Made by a program: the position numbers and the translations under genes
Part shown: in pieces, positions 11,560 through 25,229 of the stretch
Layout: each line of letters begins with the position of its first letter
Position numbering within the stretch: the first letter of the stretch is position 1
Origin: Eledone cirrhosa
Lineage: Eukaryota
Assembly (NCBI GenBank): GCA_964016885.1
Contig: OZ024743.1
Coordinates: forward strand, 198,214,001 to 198,278,000
DNA length: 64,000 nt
Direction of reading: 5' to 3'
Notes under the pieces: model-generated
The model's database searches: none
What the model was told of the DNA's origin: nothing
Seen by the model: only the letters and a program-made list of their open reading frames with translations

Positions 11560-13940
11560 ATAATAATAATGAAATTATTGTGTAAAGTGCTCAGGTGCAC
11601 TACAACTCGTCAATATAGTACATAGAATAATACACAAATGTCAGGGAAGTACATGTGTGTATGTGTTAGCTGTAGTGTTGGCGGATCTCGGGAAGCATGG
11701 AGGCCTTAAAGGATGCAGTGTCTCGACAGCTAACAACTGATGCAGGTAGTTTGTTCCATGCTTCAGCAACTCTGAGCGTGAAAAAATGTTTCCGAAAGTC
11801 ATGGGAACTGTGCTGTTTTCTTACTTTGTGGGCATGTCCACGTGTGTTAGACACATGGAAATCAAAAAGGTACTCAGGGTTGTTGTTGGCAACATGGTTA
11901 ACAATTTTGTGGGTGTTTACCAAGTCAGTTGCCAGGCGTCAGAGCTTCAATGAATCCATGCCCAGGGAAGCAAGGCGCTCAGAGTATGGTAGATGCCTGA
12001 TGGAGGGTATTCGCTTGGTTGCACGTCTCTGAACAGTTTCCAGGCGGTCAATGTCCTGAGCAAGATAGGGGTTCCAGACTGGTGATGCAAATTCTAAATG
12101 TGGTCGCACCATAGCTGTATACAGCCTTAAATAGATATCTGGAGAGCGGCTGACAAAGGTCTTGCTGAGTGATGCTAAGACACCCTAGGCCCTCTTGACA
12201 ATTTTAGAGACGTGCCTCGTCCAACGCAAATCGCTGCTGACCGTAATGCCCAGGTCACGTTCACAGGAAGACTTCTTGATATTAGTGCTGTGGAGGGAGT
12301 ATATGGACGCTGGGTTTTTACTCCCAAAATGCATGGTGGTGCACTTGTCCACAGCTAGCTTGAGTTGCCAGTCTGAGATCCATTGTTGCATTGTGTCCAG
12401 GTCAGACTGCAAGCAAGATCTATAGTGTTCAGGATCTGTCCTTTTTATCTCAAGGTACAGCTTGATGTCGTCTGCGTACTTTAGTACTGTGGCATTCCTT
12501 AAGTTGGCATCTATGTCATTAATATATGCCACAAACAAAAGGGGGCCAAGAACAGATCCCTGTGGTACACCAGATGACATCTCATATGGTGAGGAATGCT
12601 GTCCCAGAACCGTGACTACCTCTCCTCGACTGAGAATGAAGGACTTCAACCAGTTAAAAAGATCATCCTTCACACCCATTGCAGAGAGTTTTGCCATAAG
12701 CCTTTTGTGTGGCACAGAATTGAAGGCCTTCGCAAAGTCAAGGTAAACAACATCCACCCATGAGCCGCCATCAGTGATCCGGGTGATGTCCTCAGGAAAA
12801 TCTCTAAATTGATCACAGCACCTGGAGTTGGGGATAAATCCAAATTGCGAAGGCCGGATAAGACTGTGAGAGCTCCAGAAGTTCCAAAATGTTTCTCTGA
12901 CACAGGATTCCATCAGTTTGGCGATGCAACTAGTAAGACTGACTGGACGATAGTTCACAGGTGATATGCGGTCACCCTTTTTGAACAGAGGAATGACACT
13001 GGCAGTTTTCCACTGTTCTGGAGTAGCACTGTTGTCCAGACAGAATTGGAAGAAGCGTGATAACTGGTGTAGAAGGAAGTACCCACCACGTTTAAGAAGC
13101 AGGTACGTAACACCGTCAAGACCAGGAGAGGCATGGTTGCGTTTATTTTTTAGGTGACGTCGCAGCATTGCAGGTGTACATTCCATGGTTGTAATAGAGT
13201 CCGGTGTCATATGTGGTGGAGATGGTACACTCTGGTCTTCAATAGTGAAAATGCCTGCATAGCATTCAGCAATGAGCTCTGCGCATTCCTTGGGGTCGTC
13301 AGTAACCTGGCTTGTGTGAGGATTGCGAAGAGGACCAACTGGAGAGTGAGGCCTCTGCTTTGAGTGAACATACTTCCAGAACACCTTACTGTCAGGGCTG
13401 GTTGCTATGCACTGCTCAAATTGAAGCACTGCCTTTTTTGTCACCTGTTTGAGGTGGTTGGACGATCTATTTCGCCTCTTCCTATTAATGTCTGATTTGT
13501 GAAGTTTGTACTCACGTTCAGCATTGCGCCGTTCTTTTCTGGCAAGACGGACTGCTGCAGTCTCCCAAATTGCGCTTTTGGGATGTTTTTTCCGTTTACG
13601 TGGCACCGATGCTGCACATGCTGTCCATATTGAGCTCAGGATGTTCTGGAGTACAGTGTTGACATCTCCAGAGTCGTAGAACTCAAGCCAGTTTGGCCGT
13701 TACAACTCGGTGCAGTAACAGTTCCAGTCTGCTTTATTCCAGTCAAAGTGAGCAGTTTGGGGATGGTTGTGGTTCTTGTTACTGCCCATGAGGGATAGAT
13801 TGGCAATGATCATAGCATTATCAGAGTCACCTAAATGTTCCTCAGCAGTAACACTAATGACCGTTTCAGGAGTAGTGGTGAAGAGTAGGTCCAAAGTGTT
13901 GTCACCTCTCATTGGGGAGGTGACCACCTGGGACCAACTC
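11560..13940 (-). mobile_element. CR1-clade LINE, 5'-truncated ORF2 (end of APE, RT, C-terminus)
   Basis: RGDNTLDL..HLGDSD; NYRPVSLT, YLDFAKAF, SGVPQGSVLGPLLF, YADD, ERDLG; TRGH..FFTLRV..WNKLP. Frameshifts and stops present; short (ATT)n tail. Confidence 0.92.
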
Positions 13941-14070
13941 GAGTATACAAATAAGTTACTCGATAAAAGTTAAATGATGCAAAACAAATTTGACCTGCAT
14001 CCAGTTTTCGACTATTTATCCATCTATCTGTCTATATAAGTACCTATCTATCCATCTAGCTCTCATTCAC

Positions 14071-14219
<149 letters not shown>

Positions 14220-14972
14220 GTGCGTGCGTGTGTGCGTGTGTGTGTGTGTGTGCGCGCATGTGTGTGTGCGCGCATGTGTGTGTGTACCTTATTTTGTTTT
14301 TAAAGTAAGGCAACCAAATTTTATACAGAATTTTCTATATCCAGAATTCATTCTTCTTTTCAATTTATTGAGGATAATCGTACAAATTAGATGCGTACTA
14401 AACGTTAGATTATCAAGGAGAGAAAATGGAATCGTCCGACATTCATATTTTCTAGATTCCATGTGTCGTAAATACAGTGAAACAGTGGAGTAAAATACGT
14501 ATTCACATCGCTGGTTCAAACAAACGTGAGATTTTTGCGTGTTGTCAACACAGCATCTAACCAAAAACTATGAACATTTAAAACAAAAAATAATTTTTAA
14601 AACTGAACTGTCACGAAATTAAATAATGGTGTGTGTAGTCCACTAAGTATTTACCCAAATGAACCACAAGTAAACATTTTACACGCATTATTTAGATCTT
14701 TTGTTTTAGTGAGGAAATAAGCATTTTGTTGTTTTATTTTCAACGGAAATGATAATTGACAAATTTTCCTTATTTCAATCTCTTAATAGCATGGAATTCA
14801 AGTGGAACGAATTACTAGAACGTGCTAAATCGGACATAGATTTAGCAAATCTAACCTGTGGGCAAGAAAATAATTAGTGTGCGCCTATCTTGAAGGAAAC
14901 TGAAAGGCTATAAAAAAAATAATGCTAGCAAACATTTGACGTAGAGTTAGAAATGTTTATACGCGGTACATG

Positions 14973-15012
<40 letters not shown>

Positions 15013-15039
15013 CGTGTGTATGTATGTAGGTATAAATAG

Positions 15040-15175
<136 letters not shown>

Positions 15176-15214
15176 ACACACATATATATATGAACGGATA
15201 TTTCACCACTGGAG

Positions 15215-15415
15215 GTAGTAGATGGACGTAGCTGACAGAGCGTCTGATAGAATAGCATGCAGTATTTGTTTAGGTTGTTTACATCCCGATTTCAAATCCC
15301 TTTAGGGTTAACTGTTCCTTACACACTTCCGCGGTTGACAAAATAAAATACTTTTCTAGTACTAGCGTTGATAGAAGCAACTTCGCTCTTCCTACAAATT
15401 TTCTTACATTAGAAA
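15215..15415 (+). mobile_element. Old diverged SINE family 1 copy
   Basis: ggacgtagctgacagagcgtctg..ttcaaatcc..gttgacaaaataaaatac. Another diverged copy at about 15730-15930. Confidence 0.55.
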
Positions 15416-17983
15416 TCAATATGTGAGGCAGACGACTGGTGTGCTATAAAACTGTTCGATTAAGGCTTACCTAGAGCAGAAGAACAATAACAGATGTAAA
15501 TAATTTAGCTTTATATTTGTTTTCTTGCTACTTACATTCAACGCAGAAACTTATCGATTTTATAAATAATAGCTAAGATTGTTCAAAGTAAAACTCAGAA
15601 GTGTTCCGACGTCATTGAAATGTCTATTTAGGAATTCTGTGCATAAGTCACGGATATAGATTAATTGTTTTGTATTGTTATGTTTTGGCTGATTACTTAT
15701 CAAGATGTTGGACAACAATAGAATTAAAGCCACTGCATTGCCTCGTTGTAGACTCAATTCATGTTTGTGTTCATCACCACAAATATCAGCGCAAGCATGA
15801 ACTGAGTTCAAATCCAATCAACTTTGCCTTTCATCTTTCCAATGTTGATAAAATAAAATACCAGTCTGGTACTGAGGTTGATATAATCAATTCACTTTAA
15901 CCTCTGTCCCCATCTAACTGCTGGTCTTGTGTCTGATGTTGATGAGTATTTTCGTTACAACTCATACAAGGAATCTTCTGTGAACTGTACTAGCTTTTTC
16001 GTTTCAATACTTCCTTGTTTAACAAAACTTGCTAATTATAACAATATGATAAATAAAGAAAACGAAACAATTTAGTATATCTATATAATAAAGTTAATGT
16101 CTATGTTTCGAAAATGAGAAATTTTAGTACTTCTACATAATAGCAGTATAAACAAACGCTGTGAAACCACATTATCACGTGCAACTAACTACGGTTTTCT
16201 ATGTTTGGTTTATTTTAATCGCTTTCAGTAATTTGGCATTTTATTTTACATTTTTTCTCTTGTTTAAGTAGAAGAAGTTTTAATATCCAGGTAAATACAT
16301 ATAAACACGTAACCCGTTCTTAGATAGTTTTATCTGCCATCCATCTCAGTAATAACGAAGTTTGACGTTGCTTACCGTCAATGAAGTGACAGGAAGTGAT
16401 ATTTTCTACGTCAGTTAGCTGTAACACAAGTGTGTATAATTCCACTCGAGTAGAAAAAAATAGGTGGCGGAAGGGAATTAAAAAATGTAAATGCCCAGTC
16501 TTCTGAGAGTCACGTTCAAAAGAATAATCCACTTGAAGATGAACCAGAAAATAAATGTTAGTAATATTTCTTTTTTATTTTATTTCCATTAAACTAGTAT
16601 TGACCGAAAGATTGGTTATGAATAATCATCAGCTAAGTTGTTCAAATAATTCTCTGAAAGCATAGAAGAAATGTTGCGAGAGATAAACAGTTGTTCATAT
16701 AAAACATTTTCTCCAGTTATGGACAAAAAATGGAAATATAAAAAGCATTAACCATTTTAAGTTGTATTATTATTTTTTATGGTAAGATAGGTGAACCGCC
16801 ATTAAATACTGCTCGACCATTCCTTGAGCTTCAGTTACAACAGGACTTTCAATGGAGCCATTACTAAATTCCGGTTCCGGCGAAAAGCTTCAAGTAGTAG
16901 TGTTTGGATGAGATATTATAGAGAAAATAAATAAATAAACTCCTTTTCTATGTTTCTATTAAAGATTAGCATCCTTTTATTTCCATTTCAAAACTAAACA
17001 AACAATGAACTATTGTGATCTAATCACTCCCTCTTGTGTTCTCTACAAGGAGGCTTTTTCACGTGGTTAAAAACAAATAAGTAATCATCAAAAACAAGCC
17101 ACATAATAACAGAATCAACACTTTTTACTTGCGTCTTTATAAAATGGTGGCTAAATTGACGCCATATGCTTTGAGGTTTCTGGTCGTTTTTTACAGGGAT
17201 GTATTAAATCTTCGCTATATTTCATCAAAAAGCGATGAAGGATGTAATGTTTAACCTGTAATGTACACTTGCACTCTCACATACTCACACTATTACATAC
17301 CCGAGTTCAAAATCATACATCACACACCTACGCTGGGACATGCTGACACTTTCAAATAACCTTACTGACAGTAAGCATTCATTTTCTATATTGATGTAAA
17401 CCAATAGTGAAATATTTATTCACAATTGTGCATAATGATTGAATCAAAGGTTTCTCCCATCAACTTAGTTACACAACGGCGTATGGTGATTACAGCAAAA
17501 GGTAAGTAGAAGCTATTCAAGTAATTTGTTTCGCTATAATGGCGATTAAATTCTTTATTGAAGGTACTATATGTATTGAGGTTGATATCGAAACAAAACT
17601 GTACTTTTTGAATATACAGTTGTTCTTTCATTTTCAGTATTTCTGATTGGTTGTATACAGCACCGACAATAATCGCCAGCGTACATAGAATCAAGCCAAC
17701 AACTGAAGTTGAGCACAAATTTGTAAAATTCGTAGTAACAATGCAGAAGAATTGGTGGCTAAAACAACAAAAATTGCAAATGAGGAAAATATAGAAAATT
17801 CAACAAAATTAAATTGCATTGGTATGATGGTTGACTGTTTGACTGAAAATCAGGGTAAACGGGCAAGCGAATACATTGCTATATCAATCTGAGGATAGTG
17901 ATTGTTGTATAGTAAGGCCGACTCTAATGACACGGACGTATGGATCGTCAATCACATGAATAAATGTTTGACAATTTCATTGC

Positions 17984-18190
<207 letters not shown>

Positions 18191-18199
18191 ATATATATT

Positions 18200-18412
18200 T
18201 TTGAGGACGATCGACTTTCGTCAAATCGGACCGAGGGAACAATGTTTCCGTTGGTCTTTCCAATTGCTAATACTATCTATTGGTCGCAACTCCAGGTAGA
18301 AGGAGCAACGTGAAATAAAGTGTCTTGCTCAAGGACATAACGCATCGCCTGGTCCAGGAATCGAAATCACAACCTTACGATTACGAATCCAATTCTCTAA
18401 CCACTCAGCCAC
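18200..18412 (-). mobile_element. tRNA-derived SINE, family 2 (CORE-like)
   Basis: Reverse complement of the 37758-37970 family: tggctgagtgg A box, ttcgattcc B box, tgtccttgagcaagacactt CORE-like motif. Confidence 0.8.
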
Positions 18413-18429
18413 TCTCTCTCTATATATAT

Positions 18430-19693
18430 AAACAAATTAAATGAAGAACTAGAAATAGAAGCTAGGACTATCCGTCATTAGTGATTTACTAGCCATCAAA
18501 GGCATTTCTTCGCATTAAAGACCAGATACCTCTGGCGAACAATAACTAAAATAAGTTATTGGGATAAAAAGAATTGGGTGGAGAAAGAGAGACAGGTGAA
18601 CAAACATGAATGGTGAAGCAACATAAAGAGAGGAAAAGGAGAAAATCAAGTCAGTGATTCATTTGAACATAAGAGCTTGCGAACAATGACGAGAACACGA
18701 AAGACCATCCGTACCGTGCGAAGTGTGAGCGAGAAAAGAATTCCGTACGGTGCTGGACGTTGGAGGAAGTGAGGAAGGGTGAGTAGCAGAGAGTGAGTGG
18801 GTGAAAGTGTGAGGAAGAGGCTAGCCTAGAGAGGGTGGCTAGCAGAGGGGTATAATAAGAGTAAGAAGGAGAAGGAGTGAAAGAGGATAGCAGTAAGGGT
18901 ACGTTACCTCACCATTCATGTTTGTTCACCTGTCTCTCTTTCTCCACCCAATTCTTTTTATCACAATATCTTATTTTAGTTATTGTTCGCGCTCGCCAGA
19001 GGTATCTGGTCTTTAATGCGAAGAAATACCTATGATGGCTAGTAGATCACTGATGACGGATAGGCCTTACTTCTATTTCGAGTTCTTCATTTAATTTGTT
19101 TATCATATTTGCAACAACACAGGACGCCATTTTTCATTACTATATGCTTTCCCCTTCGCTGTGACCTGTCTTTTACTCTTCCCTTACTGCTATACTTTTT
19201 ATCTCTCCTTCTCCCTCTTACTCTCATTCTCCCCTCTGCTAGCTACCCTCTCTCAGCTAGCCTCTTCCTCACACTTTCACTCACTCACTCTCTGCTACTC
19301 ACCCTCTCTCACTTCCTCCAACGTCCAGCACCGTACGAAATTCTTTTCTCACTCACACTTCGCACGGTACGGATGGTCTTTCGTCTTATCGCCATTGTTC
19401 GCAAGTTCTTATGTTCAAATGAATCACTGACTTGATTTTCTCATTTTCCTCTCTTTACGTTACCTCACCATTCCTGTTTGTTCACATGTCTCTCTTTCTC
19501 CACCCAATTATTTTTATCCCAATAACTTATCTTAGTTATTGTTCGCGCTCGCCGGTGGTATCTGGTCTTTAATGCGAAAAAATACCTATGATGGCTAGTA
19601 GATCACTGATGACGGATAATCCTGGCTTCTATTTCTAATTCTTCATTTAATTTGTCCATCACATTTGCAACAACACAGAACGCCATTTTTCAT
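18430..19693. mobile_element. Inverted plus tandem non-coding island, family A (period ~556 bp)
   Basis: 18430-18900 is inverted relative to 18901-19693. acgttacctcaccatt recurs at 18901 and 19457. CTGATGA at about 19050 and 19606, but no complete HHR fold found. Diverged relative at about 28150-28570. Confidence 0.8.
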
Positions 19694-19718
19694 TCGTATA
19701 TATATATATATATGTATA

Positions 19719-19810
<92 letters not shown>

Positions 19811-20013
19811 TATGTATACGTACATACATATATGTATACAGACGTACAGTGGTATGTATATATATACATACATGCACGTATATACATATATGTACGTATG
19901 GATTCACCGAACATTTATTATAATGCTCGGTGTGTTTGTAAACAAACATCCCGAATTAATCCGTACAGTGTCTAGCAACCATCGTTGCTCTTTTGTTCAA
20001 CACTGACAAAGGA

Positions 20014-20055
20014 ACGCTGTACTAGTTTCAAGTTTATTAGCTATTGTCAGCAACG
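20014..20055 (-). ncRNA. Hammerhead, family B, core-mutated copy
   Basis: CGTTG-CTGACAA-TAGCTAATAAACTT-GAAAC TA GTA-CAGCG. Confidence 0.6.
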
Positions 20056-20415
20056 ATGCAACGATGGTTGCTAGACACTGTACGGCTTAATTCGGGATGT
20101 TTGTTTTCAAACACACCGAGCATTATAATAAATGTTCGGTGAATCCATACGTACATATATATATGTGTGCATGTATGTATATATACATACCACTGTAGAT
20201 CTGTATACATATATGTATGTACGTATACATACTTATATTTAAGTAACCACCGTACCAAGAGTGAGAAATGAAATTTCGTTTCATTTTTTCCGTTTATCGT
20301 TTTCGGTGCGCCCGGACGATTAACTCACTCGATATGCAAAATAGGCTGCTCAGCCGTTAATATGCATAAGGAAAGGATATACTTTCAGACGTTCAATCAT
20401 CTGGCAGAAAAGTAT

Positions 20416-20458
20416 ACGTTACTGACGATAGCTAATAAGCTTGAAACTAGTACAGCGT
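20416..20458 (+). ncRNA. Type I minimal hammerhead, family B
   Basis: ACGTTA-CTGACGA-T AGC TAATAA GCT T-GAAAC TA GTA-CAGCGT. Palindromic stem III ACTAGT; one stem I mismatch that is paired in the other two copies. Confidence 0.78.
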
Positions 20459-20749
20459 TCCTTTGTCAGTGTTGAACAAAAGAACAATGATGGTTGCTAG
20501 ACACTGTACGGCTTAATTCGGGATGTTTGTTTACAAACACACCGAGCATTATAATAAATGTTCGGTGAATCCATACGGACATATATATATGTGTGCATGT
20601 ATGTATATATATATATATACATACTACTGTACGTCTGTATCCATATACGTATGTAAGTGTACATATATTTAAGTAACAGCCGTACTAAGAGTGAGAAATG
20701 AAATTTTGTTTCATGTTTTCCGTTTATATATATATATATATATATGTAC

Positions 20750-20804
<55 letters not shown>

Positions 20805-20844
20805 CATATTAAATAAATGGAAAGTATATTTATAAAACCATATT

Positions 20845-20905
20845 TATTCTATTATATATATTTCAAGGGTACCAAAACTTTGGTACGCGCTCATCAGATA
20901 AAATA
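20845..20905 (-). ncRNA. Type I hammerhead ribozyme
   Basis: TATTTTAT-CTGATGA-GCGC GTACCAAA GT TTTGGTAC CCTT-GAAA TATATA TA-ATAGAATA. 8-bp stem I. Confidence 0.78.
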
Positions 20906-21024
20906 CAAAGTTTGTTCTATAAATATTGACATAACCAAGAAAAAAACCTTAACGGTTCAAGTTTTTCCTGGATATATTTATATTTATATTTGTTGAATTA
21001 CCAACAAATTGAAAATCTCTTTTG

Positions 21025-21072
<48 letters not shown>

Positions 21073-21260
21073 AAGAGAGATGTAGAGACATACCCATGCA
21101 CACACACACACACGTACACGCATAAATATATATAAAGTATGTATGTATATATGCGTGTGAGTGTGTGTGTGTGAGTACGTTTGTTGAAATTTATTTTTGT
21201 AAGTTCGGAGAGTCATGCTTTAAATTAAAACTGAAATATTTCACTTTTTATTATTATTTA

Positions 21261-21445
21261 GGTGAATTGGCAGTATCGGTAGAGGGTTGGACGCCATGCT
21301 TTCTAGCATAGTTATGTCCCTTTACAGTCTGAGTTCAAATCCCGCCGAGGTTAACTTTGCTTTCATCCTTACGGGGTCGATAAAATAAAGTGCCAGTAAT
21401 GTACTGGGTAATTGCTGGCCTTGTGCCTAAAGTAGAAACAATTAT
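21261..21445 (+). mobile_element. tRNA-derived SINE, family 1
   Basis: High similarity to 7843-8033; flanked by ttattattt(t)aggt direct repeats. Confidence 0.85.
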
Positions 21446-21669
21446 TATTTAGGTAAATATTCTACCCAATAGTTCTTAATCCACGTATCAATCAATTAAT
21501 TAATTGTATAGCACTTTCATCGAACAAGGCGCCTTTAACAATGAATGTTTGCCAATTGGGTTTCCTCTTTCTATTGACATCACATCTACTCTATTTTTAA
21601 CTTGGTTTTGTCTTTACATATATAAATTAACCACTAGAGTTTGGTTTTAGAATTTATTACAATTTTACG

Positions 21670-21887
21670 AGTAAAACCAACCGACAAAAGAAAAGGGGTA
21701 GACCCCGAACAAGATAGCCGGATAACATCCATGAGCTCGACAGGTCATCATTGGATATCCAGCCGGATCAGTTGGAGACGGTTGCTTCTGACAGGACCCG
21801 CTCGAAGAAGTGTTTGCGGACCCTGTCCCTACGACCTGATCAGAAATAAGTGGGTGACGAAGAAGAAGAAGAAGAAGAAGAAGAAGA
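21670..21887 (+). mobile_element. RTE-type 3' end with (GAA)n tail
   Basis: Homologous to 9755-10110; ...aataagtgggtgacgaagaagaag. Confidence 0.65.
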
Positions 21888-21966
21888 GCATTATTACTAT
21901 TATCCATACATACACACACATATATATATTTGTGTGCGTGTATATGTAGGTATATCTATATGTCTA

Positions 21967-22037
<71 letters not shown>

Positions 22038-22040
<3 letters not shown>

Positions 22041-22297
22041 TAAGAGGAATTCCAACTTTGTCTGATTTACTCGTTTTATTTACAATCCTTTAAAATATAT
22101 AATGGTATTATAATGAAATAGTATGATAGAATATTAAATTCTAAGTGTTAATTGAACAAGTACTTTCATGCTTTCGCAATCTTCAGGTTCATAATATGTG
22201 GTGACAGTCGAGTTTGCAATTTTCAACTGTGAAACATTTTAAAGAATTGTAAATAAAACGATTAAATCAGACAAAGTTGGAAGTTGGAATTCCTTTT
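22038..22297. mobile_element. Short HHR island with ~55-bp inverted termini, family C
   Basis: ggaattccaactttgtctgatttactcgttttatttacaatcctttaaaa and its inverted copy at about 22237-22295. Near-identical island at 49520-49786. Confidence 0.85.
22153..22191 (-). ncRNA. Type I minimal hammerhead, family C
   Basis: TGAAC-CTGAAGA-T TGC GAAA GCA T-GAAA GTAC TT-GTTCA. Confidence 0.78.
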
Positions 22298-22645
22298 CAA
22301 CTGTAATGAGATGGGTAAATTTCCTACCTTTTATACATTTTATACAGAGAAAAGTGGCTCCAGAATGCTAAGCCCTGTAAACTGTATTTCGACCAATCAG
22401 TGTGTAGTTTCACTGAATTACTAAAGCTGATTGGTTTAAGCGTCACGACTGGTTGAGCATGCTAACGACCAATGATCATATCCAAAGCATCAATTGTTTT
22501 GCTATTTTTAGAAATGATGAAAGTAGCATGTTCTATTAATCATCACCATCAACATCACTTTTATTATTATTATTATTGTTGTTGTTGTTGTTGTTGTTAG
22601 TGGTCGTGGTCATAGTGGTAGTAGAAGTAATGCCCCTAAGCATTA

Positions 22646-23303
22646 TTATTGTTCGTTTAGATTGGGTTTGAATTTATCAATAAAATTCTTTTCTTTGATT
22701 TTTCTCTTGATTTCACTTGGGCTGTGTAATTTGTAGAATGGGAATACTATAAATATTCCCTGACCACATGTTGCCAGGTGGCCGCTTAGGGGTATCTGAC
22801 GGACATTTGGGTCTCTGATTTGTTGACGGTGTACCCGTACACGTTCCGAGAGTGCATTTCCAGTTTGACCGACATATAGTTCTTCACAATTCGGGCATTT
22901 AATGCAGTAAATTAGATTTCTGCTTTTGCAGTTCATATTTGCATTTGGGAATATTTTCCCAGTTTTTGTTTTCATATATTGACCGGTGTGTATGGATTGA
23001 CATGTGCCGCATCGACTATCATTGCATTTAGATACAGTGAATGATTGGTCTTTGTTGTTAAGGTCAAACTTTGCTTTTGTTAGTAATTGCTTCAAATTTT
23101 TTGGCTGTCTTTTACTAAGAGTCAAAGATCGATCTGTGATTAAGCCTTTTAATTCATTACTTTGAGCAATGATCGGTAGGTTTGCTTTGGCAGTGTTGAA
23201 GATATTCTGGTGACATGGGTTGTGTGTCATTATAAATGGTATGACCAGTTCTTGGTTTCTTCTTCCTTGGGTTGTTCTAAGTTGTTGTATAGGTATTTTT
23301 ATA
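22646..23303 (-). CDS. PLE GIY-YIG endonuclease region, 5'-truncated, open frame
   Basis: IPFIMTHNP..KRQPKNLKQLLTKA..KCNDSRCGTC..NCKSRNLIYCIKCPNC..YVGQTG..LSERVRVH..FPF..KE..I..LN. Confidence 0.88.
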
Positions 23304-23315
23304 AAAATACCTATA

Positions 23316-23648
23316 CAAGCCTCATTTTAAAGGCCATATCAGTAGAATGAGCCCCTCATCCTTGCTTTTGTGTTGGCATGCAAACAGAACTGCAGACACT
23401 AATGTTTCTGGGTGTTACCCTTCATCAGTACAGTTCACTGTTCACCTGCCAACTGTCAGAGCTAATGAAAATATATGATATTTTCTAAAATATACAGTGA
23501 CTGGTCGGCCTGATTTGCATATTAGCAGATCCATTGATCAGCCAGATCTGCATATCAGCAGACTGGCCAGTGAGTTTCCTGTATGTGCCAACACAAGAGC
23601 AAGAATGAGGGCTCATTCTACTGATATGGCTTTAAAAATGTGGCTTGT
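23316..23648. mobile_element. Short HHR island with ~65-bp inverted termini, family D
   Basis: caagcctcattttaaaggccatatcagtagaatgagcccctcat..gtgttggca mirrored at about 23586-23648. Confidence 0.8.
23387..23436 (-). ncRNA. Type I hammerhead ribozyme, family D
   Basis: GAACTGTA-CTGATGA-A GGG TAACA CCC A-GAAAC ATTAGT GTC-TGCAGTTC. 8-bp stem I, GUC triplet. Confidence 0.87.
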
Positions 23649-23759
23649 TTGCATAATTGCAAACGAATCGGATATTATCATTAATATTCGAAAAACTAAG
23701 ATTACATTTATTGTATTCAGCCATGTAGAGCGACATTTTTTAAAATTATATATATATAA

Positions 23760-24181
23760 GGAAGCCTGCCCACTTGAAAACAAATGACATCGTATACAAA
23801 TGCGATGTCACTCAGGCACCGATGATAGCAACAACAAAAAGACTTACATCAGCATGACATCCAATAATTTTAAGACCCGATGGTACGCTCATGCACAATC
23901 CTTCAGAGACCGGACAAATCAAATCAGACGACACTCGCCTCCTATTTTGGGGGCCTCAAAAGGACCCTCCCCTCTTCACGCTTAAATGGAAAATACTCCA
24001 GAAAGCGCGCTCATACAAGGGAGGACACAAGTGCTCCGATCTTTCTATCTCAGAGAGCTACGAAATATTATTCGCCAAGGGTCAGCTACTGAACAAACTC
24101 TCTGAACACTGCCCCAATTGCATACACAAAAACTTTGCAACTTTCAAATACTTTCAGCCAGTGTTAATGCCGGTTGGCTAA
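23760..24181 (+). pseudogene. Decayed PLE GIY-YIG C-terminus (third PLE lineage)
   Basis: Across frameshifts: CPLENK..IVYKC..KTYISMTSNNFKTRWYAHAQSF..TTLASY..LKWKILQKARSY..C.DL..E..I..LLNK..E..C.H. Confidence 0.75.
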
Positions 24182-24480
24182 AAAAGATTTCCCCCTTTTT
24201 AAAAAAAAAAAAACCCACTCGACAAAGTACCTCCTCTACCTCCTTGCCATCCTACCCATACCGCTTCTCGACCCGAAACTCAGCACTATGGTCATGTAAG
24301 TACTTCTTACTTATCTGCTCTTTCCCCGTTTACAGCTATATATGTGTCTGTGTATATGTCTATATTTATGAGTACATGTATGTACGTATTTGTATGAGTG
24401 GCCGTACGTATGTATGCGTATGTTTGTGTGTACGTGCGTTTATATATATGTATTTGCGCATGTGTATGTATGTGTATGTT

Positions 24481-24563
<83 letters not shown>

Positions 24564-24697
24564 ATACATATATACATATGTATATATGTGTATATGTGTG
24601 TATGTATGTATGTGTATATATATATATATGTGTGTATGTATATATATTCATATATATACATATAAGTGTATGCGTGTGTATGTGTAATATATGCGTA

Positions 24698-24753
<56 letters not shown>

Positions 24754-24758
24754 TACGC

Positions 24759-24857
<99 letters not shown>

Positions 24858-24908
24858 ATATGTATGTATGTATATATATGTATGCATATGTATGTATATG
24901 TGTGTGTG

Positions 24909-24951
<43 letters not shown>

Positions 24952-25175
24952 ATATATATATATATTTGTATATGTATGTATGTATATATATATGTATGTG
25001 TGTGTGCATATGTATATATATGTATATATATATGTGTGTATATGTATGTGGGTGTGTATGTATGTATTTTTTTATATATGTGTGTATATATATGTGTATA
25101 TATGTGTTTATTGTTTATATATATGTGTGCATATATGTATGTATATATGTATATATATGTATATATATATGTGTG

Positions 25176-25229
<54 letters not shown>

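Larger units (their letters stand above)
19808..20727. mobile_element. HHR-bearing tandem/inverted island, family B (period ~426 bp)
   Basis: 19808-20055 is inverted relative to 20056-20727. gatggttgctagacactgtacggc recurs at about 20063 and 20489. Flanked by (TA)n. Confidence 0.85.
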
